A DNA stretch of 63,616 nucleotides, counting the filler, from Octopus bimaculoides (Eukaryota), in NCBI RefSeq assembly GCF_001194135.2. It is 6 parts of 5 records of this genome, joined end to end, with 100 filler letters (N's around TTAATTAATTAA, not from the genome) between each part and the next. Parts side by side here need not be neighbours in the genome. Positions count along the whole stretch, not along the records: positions 22,670 to 46,562 come from NC_068992.1; positions 46,663 to 53,961 come from NC_068987.1; 4 more parts are not named here. The stretch is one strand, 5' to 3'. Position numbers and translations under genes: made by a program. A model generated the notes under the pieces. The model saw only the letters and a list, made by a program, of their open reading frames with translations. It was not told where the DNA came from and did no database searches. How positions within the stretch are numbered: position 1 is the stretch's first letter; each line of letters opens with the position of its first letter. This document shows positions 37,137 through 51,054 of the stretch, one piece after another.

Positions 37137-37563
37137 TCACAGCAAATATTCTGCTCAATACCACAGATTTGCTTGTCAGTTGGTTGATCATGGCTATTTG
37201 AGCACGTCTCTTAGTGGCTGACGATATATGCGTCTCTGATCACGAGCAGAAATAGTGGGGGAGTATCATAGTCATGTGTTAATAGGAATTGTTTGGGGTT
37301 TGAATAATTCACCTTTAGAAAAATGAGTGTTTTGTTCAACATATTTAAACAAACCTTATTCACTAACTTTTTGAGCGGGATGGACTACTCGAACATGCGC
37401 TCTTTATCTTGATATTAGATCACCATGTCGCGCTCATAGTGTTGTGATGCATGTGCCTAGTGTAACCTTATCAAACGGATAGTCATGACGGGTTTACTGG
37501 GCTTCGTATATTTTACCCCAGTGTCACTTTCATAGCATGCACTGCTCTCTCACTCAATAATAA
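37136..37563 (+). mobile_element. (AAT)n-tailed non-coding retroposon, family E
   Basis: No ORF; ends CTGCTCTCTCACTCAATAATAAT; homologous fragment at about 46850-47050. Confidence 0.6.
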
Positions 37564-37596
37564 TTATTATTATTATTTTTATTATTATCATTGTTA

Positions 37597-37669
<73 letters not shown>

Positions 37670-37735
37670 CATTATTATTATCATTATTATTATTATTATT
37701 ATTACTACTACTATTATTATTATCTTCACCATCAT
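37564..37735. repeat. (TTA)n microsatellite
   Basis: Direct inspection. Confidence 0.95.
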
Positions 37736-38324
37736 TTGCAATATTATATAATATTGTTATTTGATATTTACACTCTAGTTAGTTTATGAATCACAAGATC
37801 TTAAGACCTATCTGACAGGTGCGCTGGAGTATATATAAAAGTATCTTGCGAACACCCTTTCTACAATACCAGAATTTAATAATTAGCAATATCTTATAAA
37901 ACACATCATATAATTGTTCTCAAACAATGTAGGACATTCGTGTGACATGCCACTTGTAAAACGTACCGATAACGGTACTTGCTTATAGCAGTCACTAGCA
38001 ACAAAACCGTAGGACTTGGCGATTATATGACTTAAATATAGTATGACTTGCCACTTGTATAACTTGACAATCGGCTGATTACAGTTTGTTAATTATTTAT
38101 GGTTGTTGTTATTAATGTTGACTTGATGTTAGTAAGGATTGCTTTCGTGGACGCTACTTTGAAAATTCAACTTGAATTCAGCGATTTTAATGGAAATGGC
38201 TGAAAGTAGTGTTCAGAGATGAAAGGAAAGCGTACAGCCTTGGTGACGTCATCGTTTAGGAGATGACGAACATACAGTTCATGCATCAACTGCTATGATG
38301 TCATTGGAGTTCGTTTCAATAATA

Positions 38325-38765
38325 GTGTTGATGATGATGGTGATGATGGTGATGATGATGATGATGACGACAATGGCGACATTGAACCAGGGAGACGAGA
38401 GGGATGACGACAATAATGGTGGCAGTAGCAGTGATGATGAGGATGTGGAGAAGAATGGGGATAATGAGACTGACGACCACCATGGCCACGACGATGACGA
38501 TAATAGCTGTAAGTACGAATGGCGGCGGTGGTGATGGTGATAATGGCTTTTAGTGGTCACGATGATGACGATGATGATGAACATGTCATTTCTATCATCA
38601 TCTTCATCGTCAAAATCATCAACTGATTCATTTTAACTTTCGTCATCCCCATAGGGTTGATGACGCCGATGATTGACTTAGGTGGGGGTGATGTCGATGA
38701 TGATGCTGGGGAAGAAGAGGAGAGTGATGATAGTGAATGTGTTGTTGTTGATGATGATGCTGATA

Positions 38766-38809
<44 letters not shown>

Positions 38810-38910
38810 ATCCCCGACGACGACGTGAATGACGATGATAATGATAGTAGGGATTGCGGCTATGATGACTCTGAGGGTGGTGGTTGTGACGATGATGATG
38901 AAAATACTAA
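38325..38910. repeat. Degenerate (GAT)n-rich array
   Basis: Direct inspection. Confidence 0.85.
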
Positions 38911-38924
38911 TGAGTTAATATTGG

Positions 38925-39850
38925 CTTTCATCCTTTCGGGTTTGATAAGTTAAGTACCAGTTACGTACTGAGTCAATCTAATCGACTGCCTCCCTCCTCC
39001 AAAATTTCGGGTCTTGTGCCTAGAGCAGAAATGAATAGAACAGAAGAATCGAATATCATTGCACAGTATCGTTAGAGAGTTGAACAAAAAGACTCTGTGG
39101 CATTTCTACTCACATAATGCACCTGTACATCAGTGTCCATAAACTGGTTAAAAGTACGACTGTAGGCTCAAACGTTCACAGCCCTAGCATCACTTGCAAG
39201 CAATAATTTCAACCCTTTTTGTTAATAACTGCATTATTTCTGTCTAGCTAAACTGACATCTTAGTGCTTGAAGAATGCTTCAAAACTAAGTAATAACGAC
39301 TTATTTTGAACACAGACAACATTTTGCATCGTGGTCTCGGCAAGTACCGTATTTAAGGCGGCGAGTTGGCAGAAACGTTGGCACATCAGGCGAAATTCTT
39401 AGCGGTATTTCGTCTGTCTTTACGTTCTGAGTTCAAATCTCGCCGAGGTCGACTTTGCCTTTCATCCTTTCGGGGTCGATTAAATAAGTACCAGTTATGC
39501 ACTGGGGTCGATATAATCGACTTAACCCGTTTGTCTGTTCTTCTTTGTCCCCTCTGTGTGTGTAGCCCTTTGTGGACAATAAAGATATAAGAAACGTCTG
39601 CACACCGGGCGGTATATCGTCTGTCTTTAACTTCTAAGTTCAAATTCCACCGTGGTCGACTTTGTCTTTCATCCTTTCAGTGTCGATAAATTAAGTACTG
39701 GTTGTGTTCTGGGGTTGATCTAATCGACTGACCCCCCACCCCACCCTGAAATTTTGGGCCTTGTGCCTAGAGTAGAAAATAATATTCATTTGTAAATAAT
39801 GCCGTGAGCTGGCAGAAACGTTAACACGCCGGGAGAAATGCTTAGCGAAA
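38925..39850 (+). mobile_element. Cluster of family B SINEs (38925-39040, 39355-39590, 39590-39785, head at 39800-39850) around a mariner 5' relic (about 39060-39350)
   Basis: Family B consensus matches; 39220-39345 is homologous to 5275-5400. Confidence 0.75.
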
Positions 39851-41064
39851 TGCTTAGCCTTCGTAACTGCGATATCAAAGAAGAAAGAAGTCATACGGGC
39901 ACAATTCAGGCTGTAAAGAATAATCAATGAATACAAAATATATAACAACTAGCGTGGGAAGAGAAGAAAACACCATTTTATTTGAAATACAGAAAGTTCG
40001 AATTCGGGTACCGACTGTTTTTATAACAATCTTTAGAAGTAGAATTGATGCTATTGCTTTGTGACTGTGTAACCTCGTATTTACCCACTGCATTCTTCGT
40101 GATTACACAACCAGTACACCAGTTGTAATTATGAAATGTGCAAATCATTACATCCGCAGTGTACGACAAACATATTTTTTTAACCTATTCCACCTGTTCA
40201 AGTGGGTCATTTCAAAGTATTTTCACGCCCTCCCTATATTGCTGTGGCATTGTAATCTTCACTTCCATTTATTATAGTAAATCTGTGTTGAAATTTACTC
40301 TCTAGAAAGGGAACCAAATATAAGACAAACTCCCAACAAAATCTAACTCCAATTACAACCCGTCCCCTTAGAGAGGGAAGACAGAAGTAGTTGGCACGTT
40401 AACATACTTTATTAGTTGAATTGTAAGTTATTTTATTTCGTTTTCATCTCACCTCGCAACACATAGTTTTGGACGTATTTGTCATGAAGCTCACCGCTCT
40501 ACCAAAGCCATGTATTAGGAAACTTGGGAGCAAGTCAGAGCCCGTTTATCTTCATTGGCTGGAAAATTATCCGTCTTCCATTTTGACATTATCTCACACA
40601 TGAGTGCCCATAATTATTCATCTAAAAGTATATTAAATATGATCTTTGCTAGAAGATAAATTTTCTTTCTTGCTGCAGCCTTGGTTACCCGCAGACGATT
40701 AATGGGGATACCTCTACAAGTCAAGATGTCTTATCAATGTTTTTTAAACGATCCCGAGGTGAATTGCAATATACGGTGGTCATGAATGGATCTCTTTGAT
40801 AATATACGAACAAACCTTGGTTAATGATCATTAATACCGGCCTCAAAAATCATTTTATCAATGCAAATACATTACAGTTTACAAACAGCCGGCCTCATCA
40901 CAATCTATTTAATGTTTAGAATGAGTGTAAACGTATATTCTGCCTTAATATCCAACATTAACTACGAACACAATATTAATTATAACTAGATAACAAAGAG
41001 GAATTATATATAATAGAACGGCTTCATGAATGAAGTTTAGTTATCAGAAATAGCTTCATCTTTT

Positions 41065-41300
41065 ATCTTTAAGTTATTTCAGTCATTAGACTGCGGCCAT
41101 GCTGGGGTACAAGTCTTAAACATTTTTAGGCAATCGAATTGACCCCGGCACTTATACATTTTTTCATCAAGCAATGTACTTATCCTATCGCTTTATTTTG
41201 CTGAACCGCTACGTTGCAGGGATGTAATCACACCAGCAGCGGCTGTGAAGCGGCAGTGGGGGATAAGCAGGCACAAACACAGGCACAAACATGCACACAC
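41065..41300 (-). mobile_element. Family A SINE 3' part
   Basis: TTTCAGTCATTAGACTGCGGCCATGCTGG..GAACCGCTA..CACACCAGC. Confidence 0.75.
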
Positions 41301-44028
41301 ACACATACCCCCCCCNNNNNNNNNNNNNNNNNNNNNNNNNNNNNNNNNNNNNNNNNNNNNNNNNNNNNNNNNNNNNNNNNNNNNNNNNNNNNNNNNNNNN
41401 NNNNNNNNNNNNNNNNNNNNNNNNNNNNNNNNNNNNNNNNNNNNNNNNNNNNNNNNNNNNNNNNNNNNNNNNNNNNNNNNNNNNNNNNNNNNNNNNNNNN
41501 NNNNNNNNNNNNNNNNNNNNNNNNNNNNNNNNNNNNNNNNNNNNNNNNNNNNNNNNNNNNNNNNNNNNNNNNNNNNNNNNNNNNNNNNNNNNNNNNNNNN
41601 NNNNNNNNNNNNNNNNNNNNNNNNNNNNNNNNNNNNNNNNNNNNNNNNNNNNNNNNNNNNNNNNNNNNNNNNNNNNNNNNNNNNNNNNNNNNNNNNNNNN
41701 NNNNNNNNNNNNNNNNNNNNNNNNNNNNNATATATATATAAAGTAAACAACAGGTTGTACTGTGCGCCGCATAGATAACTAAAGAGTCGGACAGAAAGAA
41801 CACAACAAGTGGAAATATAACAAAAAACAAACAACAACACATGAGAAAATAGAGAATAATATATGAAATGGAAAACTGGACAAAAACATGATACGCGGAC
41901 AATTCGCAGACGATTTCCTCGTCAGTCAGTGTCCGGAAAGTCATAGCAGTTTCATATATTTTACCCCTGAGACAGCTCGAATCCAGCAAGCGCCAGAACC
42001 TTAAGTTAAAAGTATTAAGCTTCTGAGAAAAGCAAACAGATGTATACAATGACGAAAACAAGAACACAAAAGCATCAATTATACACATGCAACAGACGAA
42101 CCCCTTTCGGCAGCACAACAAAACGAAAATTGTACATTTAAAAATAAATAAATAAATAACAGAAAGGGTCTTTCGATTATTAGACGAACGTAACGTGATA
42201 ATATGATTCAAGTGCAACAGAAAAGGAATTATACATATACAATAGACAAATGCCTTTCGGCCATACGACAATGAGACAATAATTGTACAATTACAACATA
42301 AATAAATACCAGAAAGGGTTTTTCGAATATCAGACGAACGTAGTCAGCTGGCGCATAGGAGAAATGCAAAGTCTTAATACACACACACACGACGACTTCT
42401 ATTAGTTTCTATTTCCTTAGCCTGAGGCTATCGTAGAAGACACTTACCCGAAGTGGTAACGCAATGGGACTGAACCCGGAACGATAAGGAAGAGAAGCAG
42501 GTATGTTACCACATTGGAACAACATATATTTCATATACACAAAAATATTATAGTATACAATTAATATTTCCACGTCCATGGAACTTTCTTAAGAGGATAG
42601 CATCTAATATACTCATATCAGTTTATTTTTCTTTCCCAGTTGTCCAAAACTTATTTCTGGAAATATTTTGTTTCATCTTAAAATTCAGAAATCATGTAAT
42701 CATTTTGTTTTTCTCATTTTTTTTTTTCTTAGAAGGTAGAAAACAAGTAATACATTTGTTCTCTCATATTTTATTAGTGTTTTTTCTTCAATCGATATCG
42801 TTTAATACATGCAGTTTCAACGATAATTACCACTTTGGTAAAAAGATATATTCCTTGTTTTTTTTCCCCTCCTATAAGAAAGAGAATAATAAAATGAAGA
42901 ATAAATATGACCATCTGTATCTAAGTGAAGTCACGCTGTCTGGCTTCGACATGTTTTAAATAGGTTTGGCAGCGATTTCTGACATTTGATATAGGGCTAT
43001 TAAAATATTTACTGCTAATATATAAGGAGACACTCAATCTCAACTCAAGAACAAATGCCAGTGTCATATTTGAAAGAGAAATATAAAGCATTCTGTCATT
43101 TCAAAGACAATATATATGTATTCAAAACAGCGAAGAAAGTGTGGGAAGAGTAAAGAAACAAGATTAAAAATAAAAATAGTCAAATGTGTAAGTCAAGTCT
43201 CATACTATAAATCTCTTTTAAACCGTTTGTAATCCAAGGCTTTCTTCAAATATCTGTTTATTAGCAATACATTATGTGCGAAACGGATAATGATATTTTA
43301 GATTAAGATAACCGATTACCAACCGGTATTTTTTTTCTATTTACTTCAAATTACAGGATCGTAGTATTTAGATTAAATAAAACGTAAAACTTCTTTTGTA
43401 ACACGTCAGTACTTTATTAACAGACTGGGAAAAATCCGAGAAAGCAATGAGCAATAAGAAAAGAGATGCTATGTCTCTTTATATCTGGAATGTTATGATG
43501 CTAGAGAGACACATTGAGTACTACTCAACCTAAAAAAAAGCGTGATAGTATGTGTGTATGAGTATGTATGAATCATTCCACATGGAGACAGTGCGAGAGT
43601 GAGAGAGGGGAGAAGGAGAGATTCAAAGAGAGAGAGAATTAGAGAGATGGAGAGAGGGAGGGAGAGAAGGAGGGAGGGGGAGNNNNNNNNNNNNNNNNNN
43701 NNNNNNNNNNNNNNNNNNNNNNNNNNNNNNNNNNNNNNNNNNNNNNNNNNNNNNNNNNNNNNNNNNNNNNNNNNNNNNNNNNNNNNNNNNNNNNNNNNNN
43801 NNNNNNNNNNNNNNNNNNNNNNNNNNNNNNNNNNNNNNNNNNNNNNNNNNNNNNNNNNNNNNNNNNNNNNNNNNNNNNNNNNNNNNNNNNNNNNNNNNNN
43901 NNNNNNNNNNNNNNNNNNNNNNNNNNNNNNNNNNNNNNNNNNNNNNNNNNNNNNNNNNNNNNNNNNNNNNNNNNNNNNNNNNNNNNNNNNNNNNNNNNNN
44001 NNNNNNNNNNNNNNNNNNNNNNNNNNNN

Positions 44029-44070
<42 letters not shown>

Positions 44071-44560
44071 GGTGGTGCATCAGCATGGCCGCAGCTCTGA
44101 GCTGAAACTTTGAAATGAAAATATATATATGAATGTATGTATGTACGTATATATGCATGAATCATATCAATAAACTATAGGAAAACGGTATGGTATTAAA
44201 CGTTCTATAAAATATATGCACTTGTCGGCAAATTACCATCAGGATTGCAATTATGGAATCCTCTTAGTAATGTCCCTACTTCAGTACTTATGTATGTATG
44301 TATGTATGTATGTATGTATGTATGTATGTATCTATGCATGAAGGCATGTATGTATATATAAATCTATAGCCATAGTATTTATTATGGTTGTTTAAAATTA
44401 GATGAGTTCGAACTTGACGCAACAAAACATTAATTAAAGACACTCTAGCCATGACAACCGCTTCTGTTTAGTTTATTTCAGGTATTCTTCATTCATTTAA
44501 CAAACTTGCAGACAGAGAACATGATAAGGAGAAGAAAAGAAGAGCAGAAAATTATGTCGC

Positions 44561-45790
44561 TATTGGGTTGGCAAGAAGGTTATTTCGGTTTTTTAGTGTG
44601 AAATAAAAATAATTTTTTTCATACAAAGAATGAACCTTAATCAGTTATATATTTTCCCTTTTGTTCGATGATCTTTTGTCATCTTTCTAGTAACTTCATG
44701 ATTCTGCGCTCATAGAAATTCTGGTCCTTATCAGCCAAAAACTGAAGCAAGTGCGATTTCAGGTCTTCATCATTATTGAACGTTTTACCATTCAAAGAAT
44801 TTTGCAAACTTCGAAACAAATGGTAATCTGATGGCGCAAGGCCAGGGGCTATATGGTCGATATAGCATCACTTCCCAACCAAGCACCAATAATGTTTCAC
44901 GAGTTAGAAAAGACATGTGCGGTTCAGCGTTGTCATGGTGAAATACGATTCCTTTCCAATTTGCCAATTCTGGCTGTTTTCTTTGATTGCTTCCTCCAGT
45001 TTCATTAGTTGTTGACAGTAAACATATGAATTGATCGGTTGGTTTCTTGGAAGCAGCTCAAAATAGGATGCAGTTTAACTTTCGATGTGGTTTGTGCTGG
45101 GTCATTACGCTTGGACCATGATCGTTTTCGATTGATGTTATTGTGGATAATCAATTTTTCATCACCAGTAATGATTCGTTTCAAAATGAGGTCGATTTCA
45201 TTGCGTTTGAGAAGCATATCGCCAATATTGATTCGCTGTGTTTAGGGAATCTATTTCCATCTATCAGGAACACAAAATATCGAGCTCCTTAACGAGTTTA
45301 AGATATTTTAAGGGATTGTAAGTTGCTATGTGTGATACATTTAACCTCTCTGCAATCTTTTGCACAGTTATATGACAATCAGATTCAATTATGGCTTTGA
45401 TTTGTTCATCAACTTCAGTAGGTCGACCAGAACGTTTGAGTGAAAAATCTCTAGAACGGAAATTTTAAAACCATTTCTTATATGTGCGTTCTGTTATGCA
45501 ATCAACACCATAAACTTCACATATCTCTTTGTGAGTATCAACAGCTTTCTTGTTTTTACGGAAATAAAAAAGGAAAATGTGACGAAAATGTTCGTATTTG
45601 CACTCCATGATAAAATTGACACTGAACTAACAGCTTTAAGGGAAATTACGCGCAATTTGCTTCTAAAGTAAGCTAAAAGTAACAGCTATCAAATATGAAA
45701 AGTTAAAATCATAACACTGACAAAAGTAATTCAAAGCAATCGTAACTCTATTAGCAAAAAAGACGAAACTACGTTCTTGCCAACCCAATA
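44561..45790 (-). mobile_element. Full-length decayed mariner transposon (mellifera/Famar1-like)
   Basis: TA-flanked TIRs TTGGGTTGGCAAGAA at 44563 and TTCTTGCCAACCCAA ending 45788; about 1.23 kb total. Confidence 0.92.
44638..45608 (-). pseudogene. Mariner DD34D transposase pseudogene
   Basis: MECKYEHFRHIFLF..; LKRIITGDEKLIIHNNINRKRSWS; VFHHDNAEPH; LGWEVMLYRPYSP; ..QKIIEQKGKYITD*; multiple stops, frameshifts and deletions. Confidence 0.9.
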
Positions 45791-45794
45791 TTAT

Positions 45795-45955
45795 AAGCAC
45801 AGTGCCTGGAATTTGAAGGAGACGACTAGTCAATTATATTAACCTCAGCACTTAACTGGCACTTATTTTATAGACCCCGAGAGGATGAAATATAAAGTCG
45901 ACCCCTGCAGATTTTGAACCCAGAATATAAAGAGGAGCAGATAATAATGCTGAGC
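45795..45955 (-). mobile_element. Family B SINE, degenerate
   Basis: GGCACTTATTTTATAGACCCCGAGAGGATGAAA..AAGTCGACC..TTTGAACCCAGAA. Confidence 0.7.
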
Positions 45956-47319
45956 GACGATCTCTTTCACGATCTATTTTCCTTACTAGCATTTATTATC
46001 TGACCATTTCTCTATGTACTGAAGCGAATCATTTCCTTGATAAAATAACGTTTCAGCGGCTGAGTATTCCACGGGTGCTTCTACCTCAAATATACTTCTC
46101 AGAATGTATTAGTATTAAAGCCAATACTGTCCACTTCAGTTGTAATGACAATCCATACTTCCGACATTTTACACTTTTCTTAACTATGCAGTTTCAATCA
46201 GAAGGCATGGATTGCAATATGATTACAGTTAAAGCAACATACCCTAGGTACCACACGTTTAAATAGAACCGGAACATCTCTAATCCCTAAGTCATGTATG
46301 CAGCGACAGATTAATAAATTCATTCACACGTACGCTACAATTAAATTATTTAGTACTGAAATATTGCTTAGTACCGAAGACTCTTGGTAAAGAGATATCC
46401 GGTCTGTTTAACCAAATTTTTGTTTGGCAAATTAGTTTGTAAGCACAGTTGTTGCTTGATGCTTGTTTAGATTTAAAAAAGGTTCTCATAGCAAAGTTGA
46501 TGTTTTGCAAAATGATTCCTTGGCAAAGCTGATACTTAGGAAACTACTTTTATATATATATANNNNNNNNNNNNNNNNNNNNNNNNNNNNNNNNNNNNNN
46601 NNNNNNTTAATTAATTAANNNNNNNNNNNNNNNNNNNNNNNNNNNNNNNNNNNNNNNNNNNNCAATATTAGGTTTGATAAATTACACTGTAAAACAATCT
46701 TATTTTTTTGTCTTTGGTCAGTGTCATTTCTTATTTGCTTCTATCTAGAAATCAAAGGAAATGACTACCATTCCCTTCAAACTTTGCTTTTGTAAGCTGG
46801 ATCTCAATGTTTTGAAACTCACCTATCTTCTATTACATTTCAGACAGACTCACCGCTAAGTTGCTGAAGCAAATATTCTGCTTAATATTAAGCAAATATT
46901 CTGCTTAATACCACAGATTTGCTTGTCATTTGCTTCACACAACCACTTGAGCATGTCCCTTATTGACTGACAATATGTGCATCTCTGATCATGAACGGAA
47001 GTAGTGCGGGGGCATCATGTGTTGAGAGGGATTATTTAGAGTTCGAATAAATATCATAACAAAAGCAAAGTTCGGAAATATCAGAACAACAGCAAAGTTT
47101 GGTACGAAATATTACCCATTTTTCATACTTTCTAGAGTAAGCAAATAGGAAACAACAGATGTTACCCAAGGACAAAAACCACGTTACAGAGCGTTATATA
47201 GTTGTAAACAACAACAGACATTACTTGTGAAAATACTCAGTATTTTTTTGTGAAATTTAAGGGAAATAATTAAAGCTAATCAGTGGCGTTAATGCAAAGA
47301 ATGGATTCAGGTGGTCAAG

Positions 47320-47845
47320 TGCTGATTGACGCTCAGGTATTTGACTGCAGCCATGGTGGGGTACCGCCTTGAATGGTTTTAGTCGAACAAATCGAACCCT
47401 GAACATTTTAAGCCTGTTACTTATTTTATCGGTTTTTCTAGTCGAACTGCTATGCGGGAGTGAACATACCAACTTCGGTTTGTCAGTCGGTTGCAGGAGA
47501 CAAACACAGACACAAAGACACACGCAAACCACACACACACACACATACATATGTATGTATGCATGTATGTATGTATGTATGTATGTATGTATGTATGTAT
47601 GCATGTATGTATGTATGTATGTATGTGTGTGCATGTATGTATGTATGTATATATACACACACACATATACATACATACGACGGGCTTCTTTCAGTTTTCG
47701 TGTACGAAATCCACTCGCAAGGCATCGGTCAGGTCAGCCCGAGACTTTAATAGAAGACACTTGCCCAAGGTGCCACGCAGTAGGACAGAACCCGGAACCC
47801 TGTTATTGGAAAACAAGCTTCTTACCACACATCCCACCTGCGCTT
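47320..47845 (-). mobile_element. Family A SINE with expanded (TATG)n
   Basis: Tail, internal microsatellite and head all present. Confidence 0.88.
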
Positions 47846-48347
47846 ATATTGGTATTTTCCTGAATTAAACAAGCTAACAAATCGTATGGTTCTCTGATAT
47901 GGTATTACTATCGAAACAACATCGGAGCTCTTTCCCACCTAGCCTGCTAACAAAATTCAAATTTTCGTCCCTAACTCTAGAATGAGATTTTCTGTGAAAT
48001 TATTTCTGTTCCTGTTTATCTCCAGCACTCAGTATTTTGTAGCCGTCAACAACTGACAGTAGGAATTTGTTTATTTCCCCACAACTAAAGAGTAAATTTC
48101 AGGTCATTGAGAATTTTTGTATACATCATTCAGTACATTAGATCATCACTTACAAGAAATGAAATTGGTCCTGAATTAAATACACATACACACATATATG
48201 CATGTTTGTAAGTATATAACTATACCTATATGTGTTTGTGTGTGTGTATGTATGTGTGTGTGTGCGTGTGTGTACACACACACACACACACACCGACACA
48301 CACATACGCACACATATATATAAATATATATATATATNNNNNNNNNN

Positions 48348-48388
<41 letters not shown>

Positions 48389-48513
48389 CATATAAGTCGC
48401 AATAAGGGTGTATTGGGTACATAGTTGGGGTAAGAAGGGAAAAGAGGGAAGCGAAGGAAGTATAATATATGTACATAGATACATATGAATACGTGATATA
48501 TATGATATATGTG

Positions 48514-48563
<50 letters not shown>

Positions 48564-48564
48564 C

Positions 48565-48617
<53 letters not shown>

Positions 48618-48849
48618 GAGAGAGAGGGGAAGAGAAGGTGTGGTACACAAATACATAGACAGTCTGAATAAGATTAATTGATTTATTGCCAGATGGGTAA
48701 AAAGAAGAACGAACATACCTGATAGACTTACGTAGATAGGCATGTTAGTGCAAATATATTTATAAAATGTAAAAAAGTTTAAACTACCAAAAAATAGCTA
48801 TGCGCTGAGGAAATCCTACACCAGTCAAGGATATGACCTTCACTTGTCG

Positions 48850-48851
48850 TG

Positions 48852-48907
<56 letters not shown>

Positions 48908-48917
48908 CATACATACA

Positions 48918-48951
<34 letters not shown>

Positions 48952-49146
48952 CACACACATACATACACACATACATACATGCCTATATAGATGGATGCAT
49001 CGATAGATGGATACACAAACACTTAATAGACATAGCGGCAGGCAGGCAGTCAGACGGATGGATGAATGGCTGGGTTGATGGATGGAGAGACAGAGACTTA
49101 ATAGACAAACAGACATGCAGACAGACGAACGGACGGACAGGTAGGC

Positions 49147-49221
<75 letters not shown>

Positions 49222-49225
49222 CATG
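48850..49225. repeat. (GATA)n/(TACA)n/(GACA)n compound microsatellite
   Basis: Direct inspection. Confidence 0.95.
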
Positions 49226-49540
49226 TACAAACGTACGTAGGTGTATGGATATAAATGAAAGATGAAAATTATCGAATAAAAACAGTAAAAGTGTATAGGT
49301 GACAACTATACAAAAAAGGGGAAATCAAGAACTATTGGGCTATGGTAATGAGTTACAAAAAGAGGAGGAGAAAGCGAAAATGAATGAGGAAAAGAAGTTG
49401 AAATTGGGAAGAGAAAGAGGAAATTATAAGCAAATTATCATGGATAGAACCTCAGGAGAATGAATTTGAATGTGCGTTTATATGTGTGTGTTTGTGTGTG
49501 TGTGTGTGTGTGTATACTTTTATCCAGATATCTATCGACC

Positions 49541-49607
<67 letters not shown>

Positions 49608-49842
49608 NNNNNNNNNNNNNNNNNNNNNNNNNNNNNNNNNNNNNNNNNNNNNNNNNNNNNNNNNNNNNNNNNNNNNNNNNNNNNNNNNNNNNNNNNNNNN
49701 NNNNNNNNNNNNNNNNNNNNNNNNNNNNNNNNNNNATGTTTATATATATGTATATATATATGTGTGTGTATATATATGTATATATATATATATACATTTA
49801 CATGTATATTATATATATATGTATTATATATATATATCCATG

Positions 49843-49880
<38 letters not shown>

Positions 49881-50327
49881 AATATATATATATATGTATT
49901 ATGTAAATATATATTATACTTTTCATATGAATACTTATATATACATGTGTGTATGTGTGTGTGTATTATATATATATTACATACACACATACACCTATAT
50001 CCACATATGTATGTATGTATGTACGCATGTAAGTATGTATAAAACTATTTTTACTTGATGGCATATTCAGACATTTTCCGTTTAAAATACGTACAATGAA
50101 AATAAAATACGACATAGAAACGAATTTAGATCCGAAAAATGGAGGTCACGGGGTTCAAATTTCGCAGGAGTTCTGAATAACTTTAATTACTTGGAGTAAC
50201 AAAGAAATGACTTTCACGAAAATTTCGAAAAAAAAAGAAACCGCACATACGTTCAATAAGCGTAAGGTCTGTGGTTCTAATAGCGCCATTTTAACGTAGT
50301 AATAGCTGCTAAAGGAGTTTTTTCTTT

Positions 50328-50368
<41 letters not shown>

Positions 50369-50800
50369 GTGTGGAAGAAAATGTAGACAGAGGAGTAGAA
50401 ATTTATTTCTGTATATCTTGTTAATGAGACCTAAGGTGTATTGCACCCTAGGAAATAAATTAGGGCCGGGAAAGATATATGTTCAAATGTGAATAGATAG
50501 AGAAAAATGATAAAATTATTAAGGTTTTACTTGAAGGAAAAAGAAGTTCTGAAAATTTATATTTTTTTCCTCCTTTAAATGTATTACATTTAAAATAATT
50601 ACATTTTACACTGCTGTGTATTTATTGTCTGTATATATGTGTCCGTGTGCTGCTAGCGTTTCTAACTGCGTACAGATTTGTACGGAAGATCTGTGTATAT
50701 ATACATACATACATACATATATTTATAATATAAGCCTTTTCAGTTGTTGCACAGACAGACACGAAGGTAACCAGATATATAGATACCATTAACGTGCGTT

Positions 50801-50880
<80 letters not shown>

Positions 50881-51054
50881 CGTGTGTATGTGTGTATGTG
50901 CTTGCGTGCGTGTTTGTGTGTGTGTGCGTATGCATGTACGTGTGCGCGTGCGCACGAAAACTCCACCATTCCTTCAGTTTTTACTTGCCTGAACACCCTG
51001 AAGACACACATACTTGGTAATGTAACAGCAGAAATTCATATCTCCAATATATTT

